Assembly: GCA_019828565.1 (NCBI GenBank)
Contig: JAHDYR010000022.1
Span: 124,001 to 188,000 of the forward strand
Length of the DNA stretch: 64,000 nt
From: Carpediemonas membranifera BICM
Taxonomy: Eukaryota; Protista; Fornicata
Direction: 5' to 3'
Both the position numbers and the translations under genes were made by a program. Below the pieces are notes generated by a model, which saw only the letters and a program-made list of their open reading frames with translations, did not search any database and had not been told where the DNA came from. The first letter of the stretch is position 1, and the number at the start of each line of letters is the position of its first letter. Below are positions 1 through 11,800 of the stretch, piece after piece.

Positions 1-1
1 C

Positions 2-913
2 GTTGTAGCCGATACCGGCGACTTCCAGTCCATCAAGGGCCTCGGTGTCCGCGATTCAACGACGAACCCTTCTCTCATCCTCCAGGCGGTGCAAAAGCCC
101 GAATACAAGCATCTCCTGCAGCAAGCAGTCGATATGGCCGAGAACAAGGACGACAGCAGTGAGATCGTCGACTGCCTCCTCGTCGTCTTCGCCTCTGAGA
201 TCACCAAGCTTCTCCCCGCGGAGGGTCGTGTGAGCGTTGAGGTCGACGCCCGCCTGTCCTTCGATACCGAGGCAACCATCGCCAAGGCGCGTTCGATCAT
301 CGCCCGACTTGAGGCCCACGGTATTCCCCGCTCGAAGATCCTCATCAAGATCGCCTCCACCTGGGAGGGGCTGCAGGCGGGTATCGCGCTCGAGAAGGAG
401 GGTATCCACTGCAACTTGACCCTTCTCTTCTCCATCGCCCAGGCTGCTGTGGCTGGTCACGGCGGGGTGACGCTGGTTAGCCCATTCGTTGGCCGTATTC
501 TAGACTACTACAAGTCGGTCGCCCCCGACGCCGACTACAGCGGCGCCTCGGACCCTGGTGTCCAGAGTGTAACTGCCATCTTCAACTACTTCAAGAAGAA
601 CAGCATCCAGACTCAGATTATGGGGGCCAGTTTCCGGTCTGTTTCTGAGATCAAGGAGCTGGTTGGGTGCGACCTCCTCACCATCGCCCCTAAACTGCTC
701 GAGGAGCTTGCCGGAAGTGACTCGGGCCTGACTGTCAAGCTCGACGCCGCTAAGGCCAAGCAGGCTGATGTGCCCAGCATCAAGGTGGACGAGAAGAGCT
801 TCCGCTGGATGATGAATGAAGACGCGATGGCTACCAACAAACTTGCCGAGGGAATCCGCAAGTTTACCGTCGATATCCTCAAGCTCGAGAGTATGATAAA
901 ATCCATGAAGTAA
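2..913 (+). CDS. TAL1: Transaldolase (5'-partial, runs off window start)
   Basis: Frame open from nt 2: VVADTGDF..DSTTNPSLIL, GRVSVEVDARLSFD, Schiff-base LIKIASTWEG, CNLTLLFS, SPFVGRILD, MGASFR. Confidence 0.97.
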   Translation, partial: VVADTGDFQSIKGLGVRDSTTNPSLILQAVQKPEYKHLLQQAVDMAENKDDSSEIVDCLLVVFASEITKLLPAEGRVSVEVDARLSFDTEATIAKARSIIARLEAHGIPRSKILIKIASTWEGLQAGIALEKEGIHCNLTLLFSIAQAAVAGHGGVTLVSPFVGRILDYYKSVAPDADYSGASDPGVQSVTAIFNYFKKNSIQTQIMGASFRSVSEIKELVGCDLLTIAPKLLEELAGSDSGLTVKLDAAKAKQADVPSIKVDEKSFRWMMNEDAMATNKLAEGIRKFTVDILKLESMIKSMK

Positions 914-982
914 ATCGACCGAATCCTATCTTATTTATACTGCGCCGTCCCGGCCAACGGTTCCGGCACTTCAATCATCTGA

Positions 983-2074
983 TTAGTACGAAATGAGGCG
1001 CGAGACCTGGACGTACCGGTCGCCGCTGTACTTGCGGTAGATGCCCTTGAGCCCGCTGCTGGGCACACGGTTGACGATGCCCTTGAGGTCCCCGACGACG
1101 GCGCTCAGGTCGTCATGGCTGTAGCCGCTGTACTTGGTCAGGAGAGGTGTCCACACTGCTGGCCTGCGGACAATCTTGTGAGCCAGCATCACACAGCCGG
1201 CGGCAACCTCGGAGGGGAGGTACTTGGCCATGCCGGCCTCCTGGTTGGCGAGCTCCGCGAGGTAGAAGGCGAGGTATCTGTCGCGGGTCGACATATCAGC
1301 GACCTTGGCGAAGCGGCGAAGGAAGGTGATGGACGTGGGGTTCGAGAGGTTGAAGCCCGTGACCTTGAGCAGCATGCGCTCCATGGAGAACATCGACTTC
1401 TGGTCGACCCCAGGAGCCATACGAACGAACGAGCGGACTGAGGGAGTGTAGCTCTCCTCGAACTTGGAGGCGAGCCAGAGAGAGGTGATGCCGACGAGCT
1501 GAAGCTTGGCCTCGGCTACCTGCTTCTTGGCCAGGAATCTGTCGAGGATATTGACCGCGAGGAAGGCGGACTCATTAGCGAGCTTGAGGCGGTGGTGGAC
1601 GTCGACCATCCAGTCGACGATGGCAGCCCTCATCTGAGCGTTGATCGATGTCTGTCTGGAGATGAAGTCTGTGGGCACACGGTATTCGGCAGACTTCTCC
1701 TGCTGACGAAGGTAGGCGTAGATCTCCTTGACGTATACGGGGGCAGCCAGGGGGTTGCCCTGGTCGACGAGGTCGATGTCTTCCAGGTCGTTTGAGTTGA
1801 GGGCGTCGACGACGGTGGAGCCGGACTTCTTGATCTCGGGGTTGGGCGCCTGGTTCGTGGGGGCTGCGAGGCCAGCAGCGCCGAACATGCTCGAGGGCTT
1901 AGCAAATGAGTAAGGCTGCGCAGCAGGCGCCTTATGCTCAGTTCTTTCGGGCTTGAGATGCCCAACGCCCTGGAGATTCGTCACGGTGTTGTTCTGAAGA
2001 CCACGGCAATCCTTCTGGAAGCGCGTCGCGTATGAGGGCATAAATGAGTGCAAATTGGGGTTTCTGTTGAACAT
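983..2074 (-). CDS. Mitotic (A/B-type) cyclin
   Basis: Cyclin box MRAAIVDWMVDVH..LAVNILDRFL..KLQLVGITSLWLASKFEE, PTSITFLRRF, YLPSEVAA. First in-frame ATG (MFNRNP) at 2074. Confidence 0.92.
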   Translation of the reverse strand: MFNRNPNLHSFMPSYATRFQKDCRGLQNNTVTNLQGVGHLKPERTEHKAPAAQPYSFAKPSSMFGAAGLAAPTNQAPNPEIKKSGSTVVDALNSNDLEDIDLVDQGNPLAAPVYVKEIYAYLRQQEKSAEYRVPTDFISRQTSINAQMRAAIVDWMVDVHHRLKLANESAFLAVNILDRFLAKKQVAEAKLQLVGITSLWLASKFEESYTPSVRSFVRMAPGVDQKSMFSMERMLLKVTGFNLSNPTSITFLRRFAKVADMSTRDRYLAFYLAELANQEAGMAKYLPSEVAAGCVMLAHKIVRRPAVWTPLLTKYSGYSHDDLSAVVGDLKGIVNRVPSSGLKGIYRKYSGDRYVQVSRLISY

Positions 2075-2574
2075 GAACGACAACGGATGGCTAACAGCTG
2101 AGATAGCTGGGAAATTTGTCGAATTCTGCGACTTGGTCGACTCAGCACGAAAAAAATCTTGGAAATCGCGACTTGCATGGACCATCAAGAGTGCCGTCGG
2201 GTATTCAGCTGGCACCTCATGGTTTGGTCCGCCGCTGTCTTGAAATTTTGACTGCCGCCGTGAATGCCTCGACACGAGTGCTGTCTAGCTCAGCTGCGTG
2301 GACCGAGCGGCGATGGCTGAACTGACCATCCTCGCTGTGTTATCCTCCACAGACATCCAATTGGAAATGCCATTGTACCCCGAAAAATGCCATGGGTGAC
2401 CATACGCCCGCGGATTTCCCCGTCTTTTGCCTCAGCAATAAGTGTAATCATCCAGCGATTAGTCCGCCTTTGAGATGCTGGAAACGTGTATTCTCATTTC
2501 AGTGAGTCAAAAACTTTGCCTTTTGACTCGGATAAATTGAGATCAAGGTGCAGTTTATGGCATGCGAGTGCATA

Positions 2575-3206
2575 ATGTCACTTTCGCAAGCAAAAATTGT
2601 AGTTATGGGTTCCGGCGGTGTCGGTAAGAGTGCCATCACTGTCAGATTCGTGAAGGGCAAGTTCGTCGCCAAATATGACCCCACAATCCAGGTTTGTTCC
2701 CTTTCTTTCCATTGGGATTCATCTCTTGATGGAATACTATCCTTTTTCTAACACAGGACTTCTACAAGAAGCAGGTGGATTGCGGCGGCGAGGCCATTCT
2801 CCTCGACATCCTCGACACTGCGGGCCAGGAGGAGTACTCGTCCCTCCGCGACCAGTACATGCGCGATGCCAATGGTTTCGTCCTTGTCTACTCTGTTACC
2901 TCCCAGGCGTCCTTCGACGACTGCCGCACTCTCCGCGAGCAGATCCTCCGCGTCAAGGAGAAGACCGAGGTTCCCCTCATCCTTGTCGGCAACAAGTCCG
3001 ATCTCGACGAGGAGCGCGCCGTCTCCGAAGAGGAGGGCAAGGCTCTTGCCGAGGAGTTCGGCTGCCTGTTCATAGAGACCTCTGCCAAGGAGGACATCAA
3101 CATCGAGCAGACCTTCATGGACCTGACGACCAAGGTGCTCGAGGAAGAGGCCAAGAACCCCACCAAGCCCGCCAAGAAGAGCGGCGGTGGCTGCCTCGTG
3201 CTCTAA
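2575..3206 (+). CDS. Ras/Rap-family small GTPase; join(2575..2691,2757..3206)
   Basis: [14 protein letters not shown]|[29 protein letters not shown] 65-nt intron GTTTGT..TCTAACACAG (2692-2756) restores the frame. Confidence 0.95.
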
Positions 3207-3349
3207 GGCTGGTGCTACTATATGTTTAAAGAATTTGAAGGACGGAGGCAGGCTTTCATATGGTGGGCAAGACACACTCCATAAGCGATCAATGCTGACT
3301 TCTTGTACCCTCGTGCGACCATCGCGCCGCCGCCAAAATTCTCACGACA

Positions 3350-4267
3350 ATGGCTTCGACGATGCTCTTCAAACACGGGCCTCTGAGGAGAAGGACATTA
3401 TCTACAGACGATTTGAAGATGAATGCTTGCCCAAATGATGCTGCAAACGCTCTCACGCCCTCGTTGTCCTCGTTGGCATCTCGTACGAAGTCCGCACGGC
3501 CTGCTAGCGCACAACGGGCAAGATCCGTGGGACAGAGAACGACTACATATACTACAGAACGAAGAACTAGCCGATCGAGGGCTCCATTTGCAACTGCTCA
3601 GCTTCTTGCCGACTGGCAGCAAAAGAGTCGGTCCCAACAGGAGACAGGGACACTTTCGCTGGTCCATGTGACGCGCACCACGCTATTGGAACGCAGATCC
3701 ACCACCATGCGTGATATATTCCGCCCCTTGCCCCTGCATGGCAGCTCCACGCTCGAGCCCCAGCAGGCTATGGCCGTTGACAACCTTGGGGAAACCAACA
3801 CTACCGCTGTGGACCTCAGTCAACCGCCGACTGAGACCGTATACCTCCAGCAGGCTCGGTCCGCTAAGGATCGCCTTGCTGCAGAGCTCGCTGAGCTTAG
3901 GCGGCGCGAGAGAGCGCTGTCACAGAGGCCACACGCGCCAATCATCGCTTCAGCATCCATGTTGAGTGCATTTTATGACAATGAGCAACCAACACATCTG
4001 ATATCACCCCGCAATAGGGGTCAGCTGACCGCCCCTCAGAGTACAATGACCAACAGCAGACGCGACACACATGCGCAATCTAACTGTGAGGTATCGGTCC
4101 CGAAGTCGCGAGATAGAGTATCATGGAAAGTCGATGTTGATGTTGTGAAGGGAATACGCCGTGTTGTTAGAACAGGTGATGAGTTGAGAGTGTCTTTCAT
4201 TAATGGGACAGCCTGCGCCCTGTTTGCTGCACATCTAGAGATGCTCAAGGAGAGCTTGTTCGTATAG
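3350..4267 (+). CDS. Hypothetical protein (305 aa, short coiled coil)
   Basis: Long ATG-initiated ORF filling the space between genes; no recognisable motif. Confidence 0.55.
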   Translation: MASTMLFKHGPLRRRTLSTDDLKMNACPNDAANALTPSLSSLASRTKSARPASAQRARSVGQRTTTYTTERRTSRSRAPFATAQLLADWQQKSRSQQETGTLSLVHVTRTTLLERRSTTMRDIFRPLPLHGSSTLEPQQAMAVDNLGETNTTAVDLSQPPTETVYLQQARSAKDRLAAELAELRRRERALSQRPHAPIIASASMLSAFYDNEQPTHLISPRNRGQLTAPQSTMTNSRRDTHAQSNCEVSVPKSRDRVSWKVDVDVVKGIRRVVRTGDELRVSFINGTACALFAAHLEMLKESLFV

Positions 4268-4965
4268 ACCATAGCCCTGTAAATGCCGTCGTGGGCAGTT
4301 GTCTGCTTTTGTTCATGCTGTCATGATCAGGGAGGACTGGTCCCACCCACCCCTGGTAATGCTGCTGTGTGGATCTGGATATGCCCGAAAAGGGATGCAC
4401 GCTGCCATCGCCATTGGGCGCGAATGTGCGCCGAATTGCTCAAGTCAGTCTTGAGCGGTCAACGCACTCACAACAATTTCACCAGTTCCTGACGAAACCA
4501 CACGTTGACTTGGCTACACAGCAGAGTTGGCTGGGATGTAAGTGCTCATGAACGAGGCCGTGGCCGCGCGAGTCTACCACGCCCGGCGGACAACAACCCA
4601 GGCGGCGCAAGCCGTCGATATTTGCGGACGTGAGAACTTCACGGCAGTAAATATCCTTCCCCCCCCATTGGTTTGCACAGCGGATGAGCTAGTGCGGATG
4701 TGTCAGACATCCGCTGCAAGAAAAAATTCCTGTCACAGGACCATCACTGGCACCTGCGCGCGCCGATCAATGTGCACTTTAGGTCACACTTCGAAACGCA
4801 TCGGCAGGTGTCGGAGCCGTTTCGGACCTGACCGGATCGCGAGACGAGGATTTACCCGGGTCTGTCATAAGAGCTCGGGGAAGCCACCCGAAGTAAATAC
4901 TCGCCCCCCCCCTTTTGGTTGGATTTAAGAGGAGGGCTCTCTGTTATAGAGCCACACTTTGTGGA

Positions 4966-5297
4966 TGTCGAGGCACTCGGAAACAAAATCTGCATCAGCC
5001 GGGATTCGAACCCGGGTCCACACGATGGCAACGTGCGATGATACCCCTACACCACTGATGCTTGCATACCGTCGTAGACGCGATGCGTAAGTACGCCTCG
5101 GGGCGTGGTACAGACCCAGATGGATTACCGGCCATCTGGTGCAAATATTCGAGAGAGATCGAATACTGACCAAATATTCGAATCAAATCTACGGTCCAGT
5201 TCAGACCAATTTTACCAAGGGGTTAAAACCCTATTCCTCGGTAGTTCCGAGAAGATGGGCGACGCACAGCCCCCCGTGACACTGGAGAGCCTGGAGG
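4966..5297 (+). repeat. ~330-bp dispersed repeat (tRNA-Gly + hairpin-rich leader + start of DIRS gag), copy of 55348-55678
   Basis: Near-identical to 55348-55678 with a few substitutions and one indel; the tRNA is identical. It ends within gag after MGDAQPPVTLESLE. Confidence 0.95.
4991..5061 (-). tRNA. trnG-GCC: tRNA-Gly(GCC), copy 1
   Basis: Reverse complement GCATCAGTGGTGTAGGGGTATCATCGCACG-TTGCCAT-CGTGTGGACCCGGGTTCGAATCCCGGCTGATGCA. Acceptor stem GCATCAG/CTGATGC, T-loop GGTTCGAATCC, followed by a TTTT Pol III terminator. Confidence 0.96.
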
Positions 5298-5340
5298 TCA
5301 GAGCATGTTTCCCATCAATCTCGGGTATAAATATGATCTA

Positions 5341-5378
5341 ATCAATTGGAGACTTCGACCGTAGTCGACTGCAAGTCG
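5341..5378 (+). repeat. 38-bp hairpin motif shared with the far end of the DIRS-like element (62493-62530)
   Basis: ATCAATTGGAGACTTCGACCGTAGTCGACTG[C/T]AAGTCG, 37/38 identical; contains a TCGAC-CGTA-GTCGA hairpin. Confidence 0.9.
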
Positions 5379-5890
5379 AAAGTTCTGGAACTTGTAGATT
5401 TTACTTGACATACCTGGTAGTGGAGCCTGACACTCAGCCAAAATTCAACCAGGTCCAACTTCTCGGCCATATGCGTGACCATACGAGTTTTGGGTCATTT
5501 GACAAGTTCAAACTCTGGAGAAGGACACCGCGGCGACCTGTCGTCGATGTGGTCGTCTCACAGACGAACAATGTCTGGATCCGGGACAGGGCATCTCAGT
5601 ACAAGATGTACACTTGATGTTTGGACTGGAACAGTGTCGCGTTCAGATGTTTTGAATGCTTGTGGGTCTGCCCCACTGCTGGTAGCGACGTACTGGCTAC
5701 AATCTTGACACTCTTGGCTCAAGTCTCACTTCAGACGAGACCAATCAACTTCTTAACATTGCTCAAGAATGGCTGAGCGGTCGTCCCTCACAAATACTCG
5801 AGGCTTGACATAACATGCACCTAGTATCTGATCAGATAGTCAACCCAATACAGCCAGTTAGCTTATTAAACAACTTTACAACGGTATAGC

Positions 5891-8800
5891 TTACCCTAGG
5901 AGCTGTGCATCCTTGAAAATGAGCTTGCCGGCGTTTCTGCGAAGTGTGGCGTGGAACCCTGCCTTCTTGATCACGAACTGATGCTTACATCCCCAGGCGA
6001 TCTCAGCGAGAGTGATGCCACTGACAAAACCGATGGCGTCGTTGCTAGAAACACGATCACTGTCCATGACGTTGAAGTCGAGACACTCATGCCAACCAGC
6101 GAGCTTCGTCAGGTCAAGAGTGAACGGCGCCCACACCGGGGCGCTGTTGTCCTTGATAGACTCGGTCGAGAACACTTCAGAACCATCAGATGTGCGAGTG
6201 ATCTTCACGAGAGCATCAGCAGCACTCATAGCGTCGCCGGAGAGCAGGTCGACGGCAGCCAGGGTCAGTGTGAGATGCTTGGGGGCGGCGGGGGCCTCCT
6301 TCGGCACCAGCATCTTAACAGGCTCGACCCCTGCGTTGTTGAAGAGGTTATCGACCTTGCCGCGGGACTCTGCCCGGCCGACAACCTTAGCCTCCGCGGC
6401 ATACGACCTAACGTGAAGCCCCTTGCTGACGCGAGCAAACCGGAGTCTCGGCACGTTAGGGCAGAGAAGCTCGCGGATTGAGACCTCGGTCTTGCCGACA
6501 AGGGAGTGGTCGGCATCTGAGTCCCAGTCCCACAGTTCGAGGGTGAGAAGCGAGTCAATACCGCCTACAAGCTCGGGGATGAGGGTTACCTCGAATGTGG
6601 GTGTTGACTGGTTCATCTTGACCTCAGTGCGGAGTACCACACCCGCATTGGCCAGAGCGACGGCCATGGCGGGTGAGGGCTCGGCAGCATGAACGCCAGT
6701 AGGAAGCATGGCGTGGGTAGCACTGACCTCACTGGTGTAGGGACCGTAAACGGACCTCTGCTTGAACGCCTTTGCCGTGCCCATCGGGAGGAGAGCAGCG
6801 TGGCTCCTGGTCTCACCCTTCTGGCTGAAAGTCACCGGGTTGGACAGCAGGGGGCCTGTCACAGTTAGGAAGGGGTCGTTCTTCGACAGGGCGTCCTTGC
6901 GGTCCATCTTGCCAAATTCCAGGGTGACCTTGACTGTCGTTGGGTGGGTCAGTGCTGAGCCGACTACTACTTCCCCAGCGGTCATGTCAGCATACTCGGG
7001 CAGGACCTCAGTGGCACTGATGACTGAGAGAATGCCCCGGTTCTTGCGGAGAAGGCCGGCGCCACCGTCGTTCTGAAGCACCACCATGGCCTCTGGGACA
7101 GTCAGCTGCTGCAGGGTGACATGCGCCTTGCCGATGAGGCTGTCGGCAGAGATACTGTCGTAATCCCAGAGTTCAATGGTGAATGTTGAAGTCAGGGAGC
7201 CGACAGATGCGGAGTCAATCTGGAATGGAGCAAACACGGGGGTGAGTGATTGCTTGATTGTCTCAGTTCTATAAATGATATGCTCTGGAGCGTTCTTATA
7301 CATCCTTCCCTTGACAACCAAGTATGGATCCGACTTACGAAGGGCGCCATCCATTCTTGGTATGTTCTTGCCCTCGAGCTGTAGCTTGTAGGCGACGGGG
7401 AGGGTACGGGGGTCAGCGCGGTCACACGATGTCATGGTGAGAGTGCCAGCATTACGGCCAACCCGACCCTTCTCCAGTGGCATGGCCCAAGGGAACCGGA
7501 CCATTGTTCTGAGGTTCATGAGACGGAAGCTGAATGCGGTGATCTCACTGATCTTTGAGAGGGCGCCGCTCTTTTCCCAATCGCTGATTCTGACAGTGAG
7601 GGGAGCATACATCCCACCGCAACGGGCAACGTCGAGGTAAATGGGTGTGAAGTCGGCATTAAGGGTTCGACGATGTACCTCAGATTGATACAAGATCTCG
7701 TCATCCTCTGATATGATCTGGAGCACAGGGTCGGCGCCAGTGCTCATGTCCATGCGGGTGAGCTTGGTCACAGAGAAGGAAACCATCGCTGCAAGGGGCG
7801 GCTCGACGTCAGCAGCTTCGTCGATGGACATCATCCGCTTCACGGCGACGTTGAGCTTGCCGCTGTTGTGGTAGACGGGGTTCGTCTTCTTCTCGTCGTT
7901 GATGAGTACAGTGTCATAACCCGCCTTGCCCCGGTTCATGATGACCTTCACGGGGATCGAGCAGACACCAATGAGGTCGCTGGAGCCGTCCTTGTCGCTG
8001 TCACTGATCTCAATCTCGAGATCGCTGTAGATACCACCCATATCTCTGAGAGTAAGCGTGACATCATCAAATGTCGGGTTGAGATCCCTGTTATGGACCT
8101 CTGAGCGATACACGAGGCGCCGCTCCCCCTTGCAGCCATAGGGCGTGCAGTAGATGTCGAGGAAAGGGTCTGACGATCGGGACACAGTGTCCTTCTTATC
8201 AAGGCCCTTGGCGTTGACGGTGAAGGTGATGGCGCCGGGCGGAGAGTAGATGTGCTCGGGCATGGTGTTGAGGGGGGCGACGGCGTCGACAGTGACGATA
8301 CCAGAGCCCTTGAGGGCCTGCAGGGGGCCTAAGCTCTTGCCCGCAGGTGTGATTGCCTGCCTGAACTCGGGTGTGATGAGCATTCTGAGTGTGGTGTTGA
8401 TGGAGCCGATGAGGGTGTCAGAGCCGTCTCTCTCGAAGTCGTAGAGCTCGAGTCTAATCAGCTGATCAATCCCACCGCACTCAGGAGAGAACACGGTGAC
8501 GGGGTCGAACGTGCAAGACTTCTTCCCGCGGTGGACCTCTGTCTCGAGGATGCGGCACTCAGTACCAGTTCGTCCAATGCCAGCCACAGCCTCCCTCTCC
8601 TCGGCGGGGAGGGGGTTGAGGACAAGCTCGAGAGGGATCTCGACAGGTCTGGTCTTGAACACAAGGTAGGGGTCTGACTTGGAGAGTCCCTCAACCTTAG
8701 GGACCTTGGCCACGGAAAGGGTAAGCTGGGCACCAGGCATGTCTGGTGCCAGGTCAGCAGGGGCGATGGTTCTAGCAGTAGTGACCTTGAGGACGCCTGA

Positions 8801-11800
8801 GTTGTTGTACTTTCTCACCATGTTACTGCCGTTCGGGTCGACCATGGGGATGAGGAAACCAGGCGTGAGCAGCGTGCGGGGCGTGACTACAGCCATGCCG
8901 ATGAGGTCCATGACGCCAGACTTATCGTAGTCCTGGACGACGAGGACGATTGGCTCATCTGGTCCGCCAGTAGAGGTGTAGCGGAGGAGGATGTTCTCGA
9001 ATGTCGGGCTCAAGTTGTTTTTGAACACGGCCGAGCGGTAGATGGGCACCTCGCACTTCTCAATCAACTCGGGGCCGAAGTTGACAGCGAAGTTCTCAGC
9101 AACGGCCTTAGCGCGCTTGTGGAAATCAGCGTATGAAGTCGGGTCGATCGCCGACTCACGAATGGCAGCGAGCTTCTTGTCATCGATAAAGGGCGTCTCA
9201 TCGCTAGGCAGCGCCATGACTGTGAGAACAGGGTCGGACTTGGAGAACTTGTCCTTGTTCTTGAAGCGTTTCACAGTCTCGAGGGTGAACTCGATAGCCG
9301 CATCGCCGGGGTCCTCCTCGATCACGTCAACCTTGTCGATGTTAAGGCAGAGTGTGGCCCTGCGCTTACGGACCTTCTTGTCGACGATTACAAGACTAAG
9401 TCTTGGGCAGTCGTCGATGAGATGAGAGAGCGTCGTGCTGGCATAGCCAAGCCTGTCATGCGAGCCGTCAGCGTCGTAGTCGAACACCTCAATGAGAAGA
9501 GGGGCATCAGCACCACCGCACTTCTCCGTCATGAGGGTAGCAGGACTAAATGTGGGGTTGTCATCGTTCATGCGGACCTCGGACGTGTAGAGGCAAACCG
9601 GCCGTCTGGGATAGTGCGTGGCCATGACGTTCTTGCCGAGCCTCGCCTTCATCTGGGCGATTGCAGCGTCCTCGTACTTGCTGGGCTGGGCGAAGGCGCT
9701 CACTCGGATGAAGAGGTCGACCTTAGTGGCCTCGATGCGGGGGACGTCCTTCATGCTGAAGGTGAGCGCATAGCCAGGCGCAACGGGCGGTCTGTGATCG
9801 ACGAAAGGCCCGCCGATCTCAACATGACCGAAGAGTTCTCCGGCGTTCCGGAAAGCCGACTTCCGGACTGCGCCCCAGATGGATTTCCTCTCGCTCTTGT
9901 CGGGCGACTTGAATATGAGGGGCATTCTCGCGTGTGAGACGGCCAACTCGTACAGAGAGGTGACTGTGCCGCCGATGGGCTTGTAAGCCTGACTCGTGCC
10001 GTGGAAGACCTCGATGATAAGTGCGTTATCAATGGAGCCACACATGGTGGGTGTCAGGGAGAAGGGCTTCCACTCAGGGTTGAAGGTGTCCTCGAGGATC
10101 TCAGATTGGTATATAGGGACGTAGAGAGGCGATTTGTCCTTCTTGGCGCCCTTGTGCAGGGCTGGGAGCGAGGGCTCGGCGTATACGATGAAGAACGGGT
10201 TAGAGCTCGTGGCCGCAGGACCGATGCCGTTCATCTTGAGCAAGTTCTTGGCACTGAGGGTGACGACGGCGGTTGAGACGTCCTTGCCCTTACCGAGGCT
10301 CTTGACGAAGGCAGATATGGAGGCAGGCTCGTGGGTGACATTGCTGAACGTAACGACTCCGTTGTTACGACGGACAAGCTTCTTCACGCTGAGGCCAGAG
10401 CCGTGGGCAGCTTCTCCGCTGGGCTCCAGCAGCGGGTAGGCCTTGTACCCCGAGCAGATGTTCCTGAGGGATGCGGTGAACATGCCGATATCGTCGTGGT
10501 CCCCGTTCTTCTCGTAATCCCGCACCCGCCACGTCAGCTGCTCGGAGAATGTTGCCCTGGCGTAGACAATGCCCTGGGGAGCGAGGCTAATGGAAGACCT
10601 GTCGAACTGAGGCGCGGTGCTGTTCATGACGACATTAGACCTGTACACGAGTTGGCCTGCAGAGTTCCTTACCTCGAGGAAAGGGTCTGCTATGTCGAGC
10701 CGCTCGCTCTTGAGCTTAGCAGCGGCCGCATCGAACTCTAGAACAAGGGGGTCGAGGAGTGGTTCGACGCTGGTAAGAACAGAGGAAACGACGACCGTGC
10801 CAGAGGACTTCAGCTTCCCTTCACGGTGCAGGGCGGCCTCGTGGGGTGCATCGGGGGACATCATCTGGCGCAGGGTGATCTCAGCTGACCCAATGAGCTC
10901 TGGGACACCGCCAATCTCGTAGTCGTTGACGGTAATGACGAGCAAGTCGTCGAGACCGGTGCTGCAGAGGTCGGGCAGACGGGGCATGTTCTGCCTGAGC
11001 CAGGTAAGGGCATTGGCGTCAGTACGGCCGCCGATCTCAGCAGTCTTGGCCTTGCGGGCTTTCATGGCAGCCTTGTAGTCGGAGCAGAAGTTGACACGGT
11101 GGAGCGGGATCGAGAACTGGTCCCACTCGGGGTTGAGATCATCCATCTTCACCTCAGAGCGGTAGATCTCAATATCCGGCTCAATCTTCCTGGCCAGAGT
11201 GAAATACGGATCAGATTTGGACGATTTCTTGAGAATGTTCTTGTCCATGTTCTGAAGCTTGAGGCCCTCGATCTTGAGGGTAGCGGAGAGCGGCGTGTCG
11301 ATGATAGGCTCAGCTTCTACATCAGGTCTGACGTTACCAATGTACATTCTGCCCCGGTGCTTTTGGGACTTATCGAGACGGTAGAGGAATGTGCGCTGTA
11401 CGTCGTCCACGCAGCACTGAGTGAGCACTCTATACGTCGTCACAGTCTCGGCGACGAGGTCGTTGTCGCCGTACTTGTCCCAGTCCATGATCTGGACCTT
11501 GATGAGGGCGTCAGGGCCTCCGCATGCCACTGCATCCAGCCTGATGCTCTCATACTTCGGATCCCGGTTGTTCATCTGCACCGCGCTCCTGTAAATCGTC
11601 ACCTCCTCCGCATGCCTCTCGAACGGCCCCCATGGTGCGGGCGGCACCAGGGGCATGGGGCAGGGGGGCTCAACAATGCCCTGCTGGTCCATAGGCAGGG
11701 TGACAGTGTGGGAGGGGGGGAGGATCGGGCGGGCAATGATCTCGAGATAGGGGTCGGTCTTGTCGGTGATGGATGAAGCAAGCTTCTCAAAACGGAAGTC

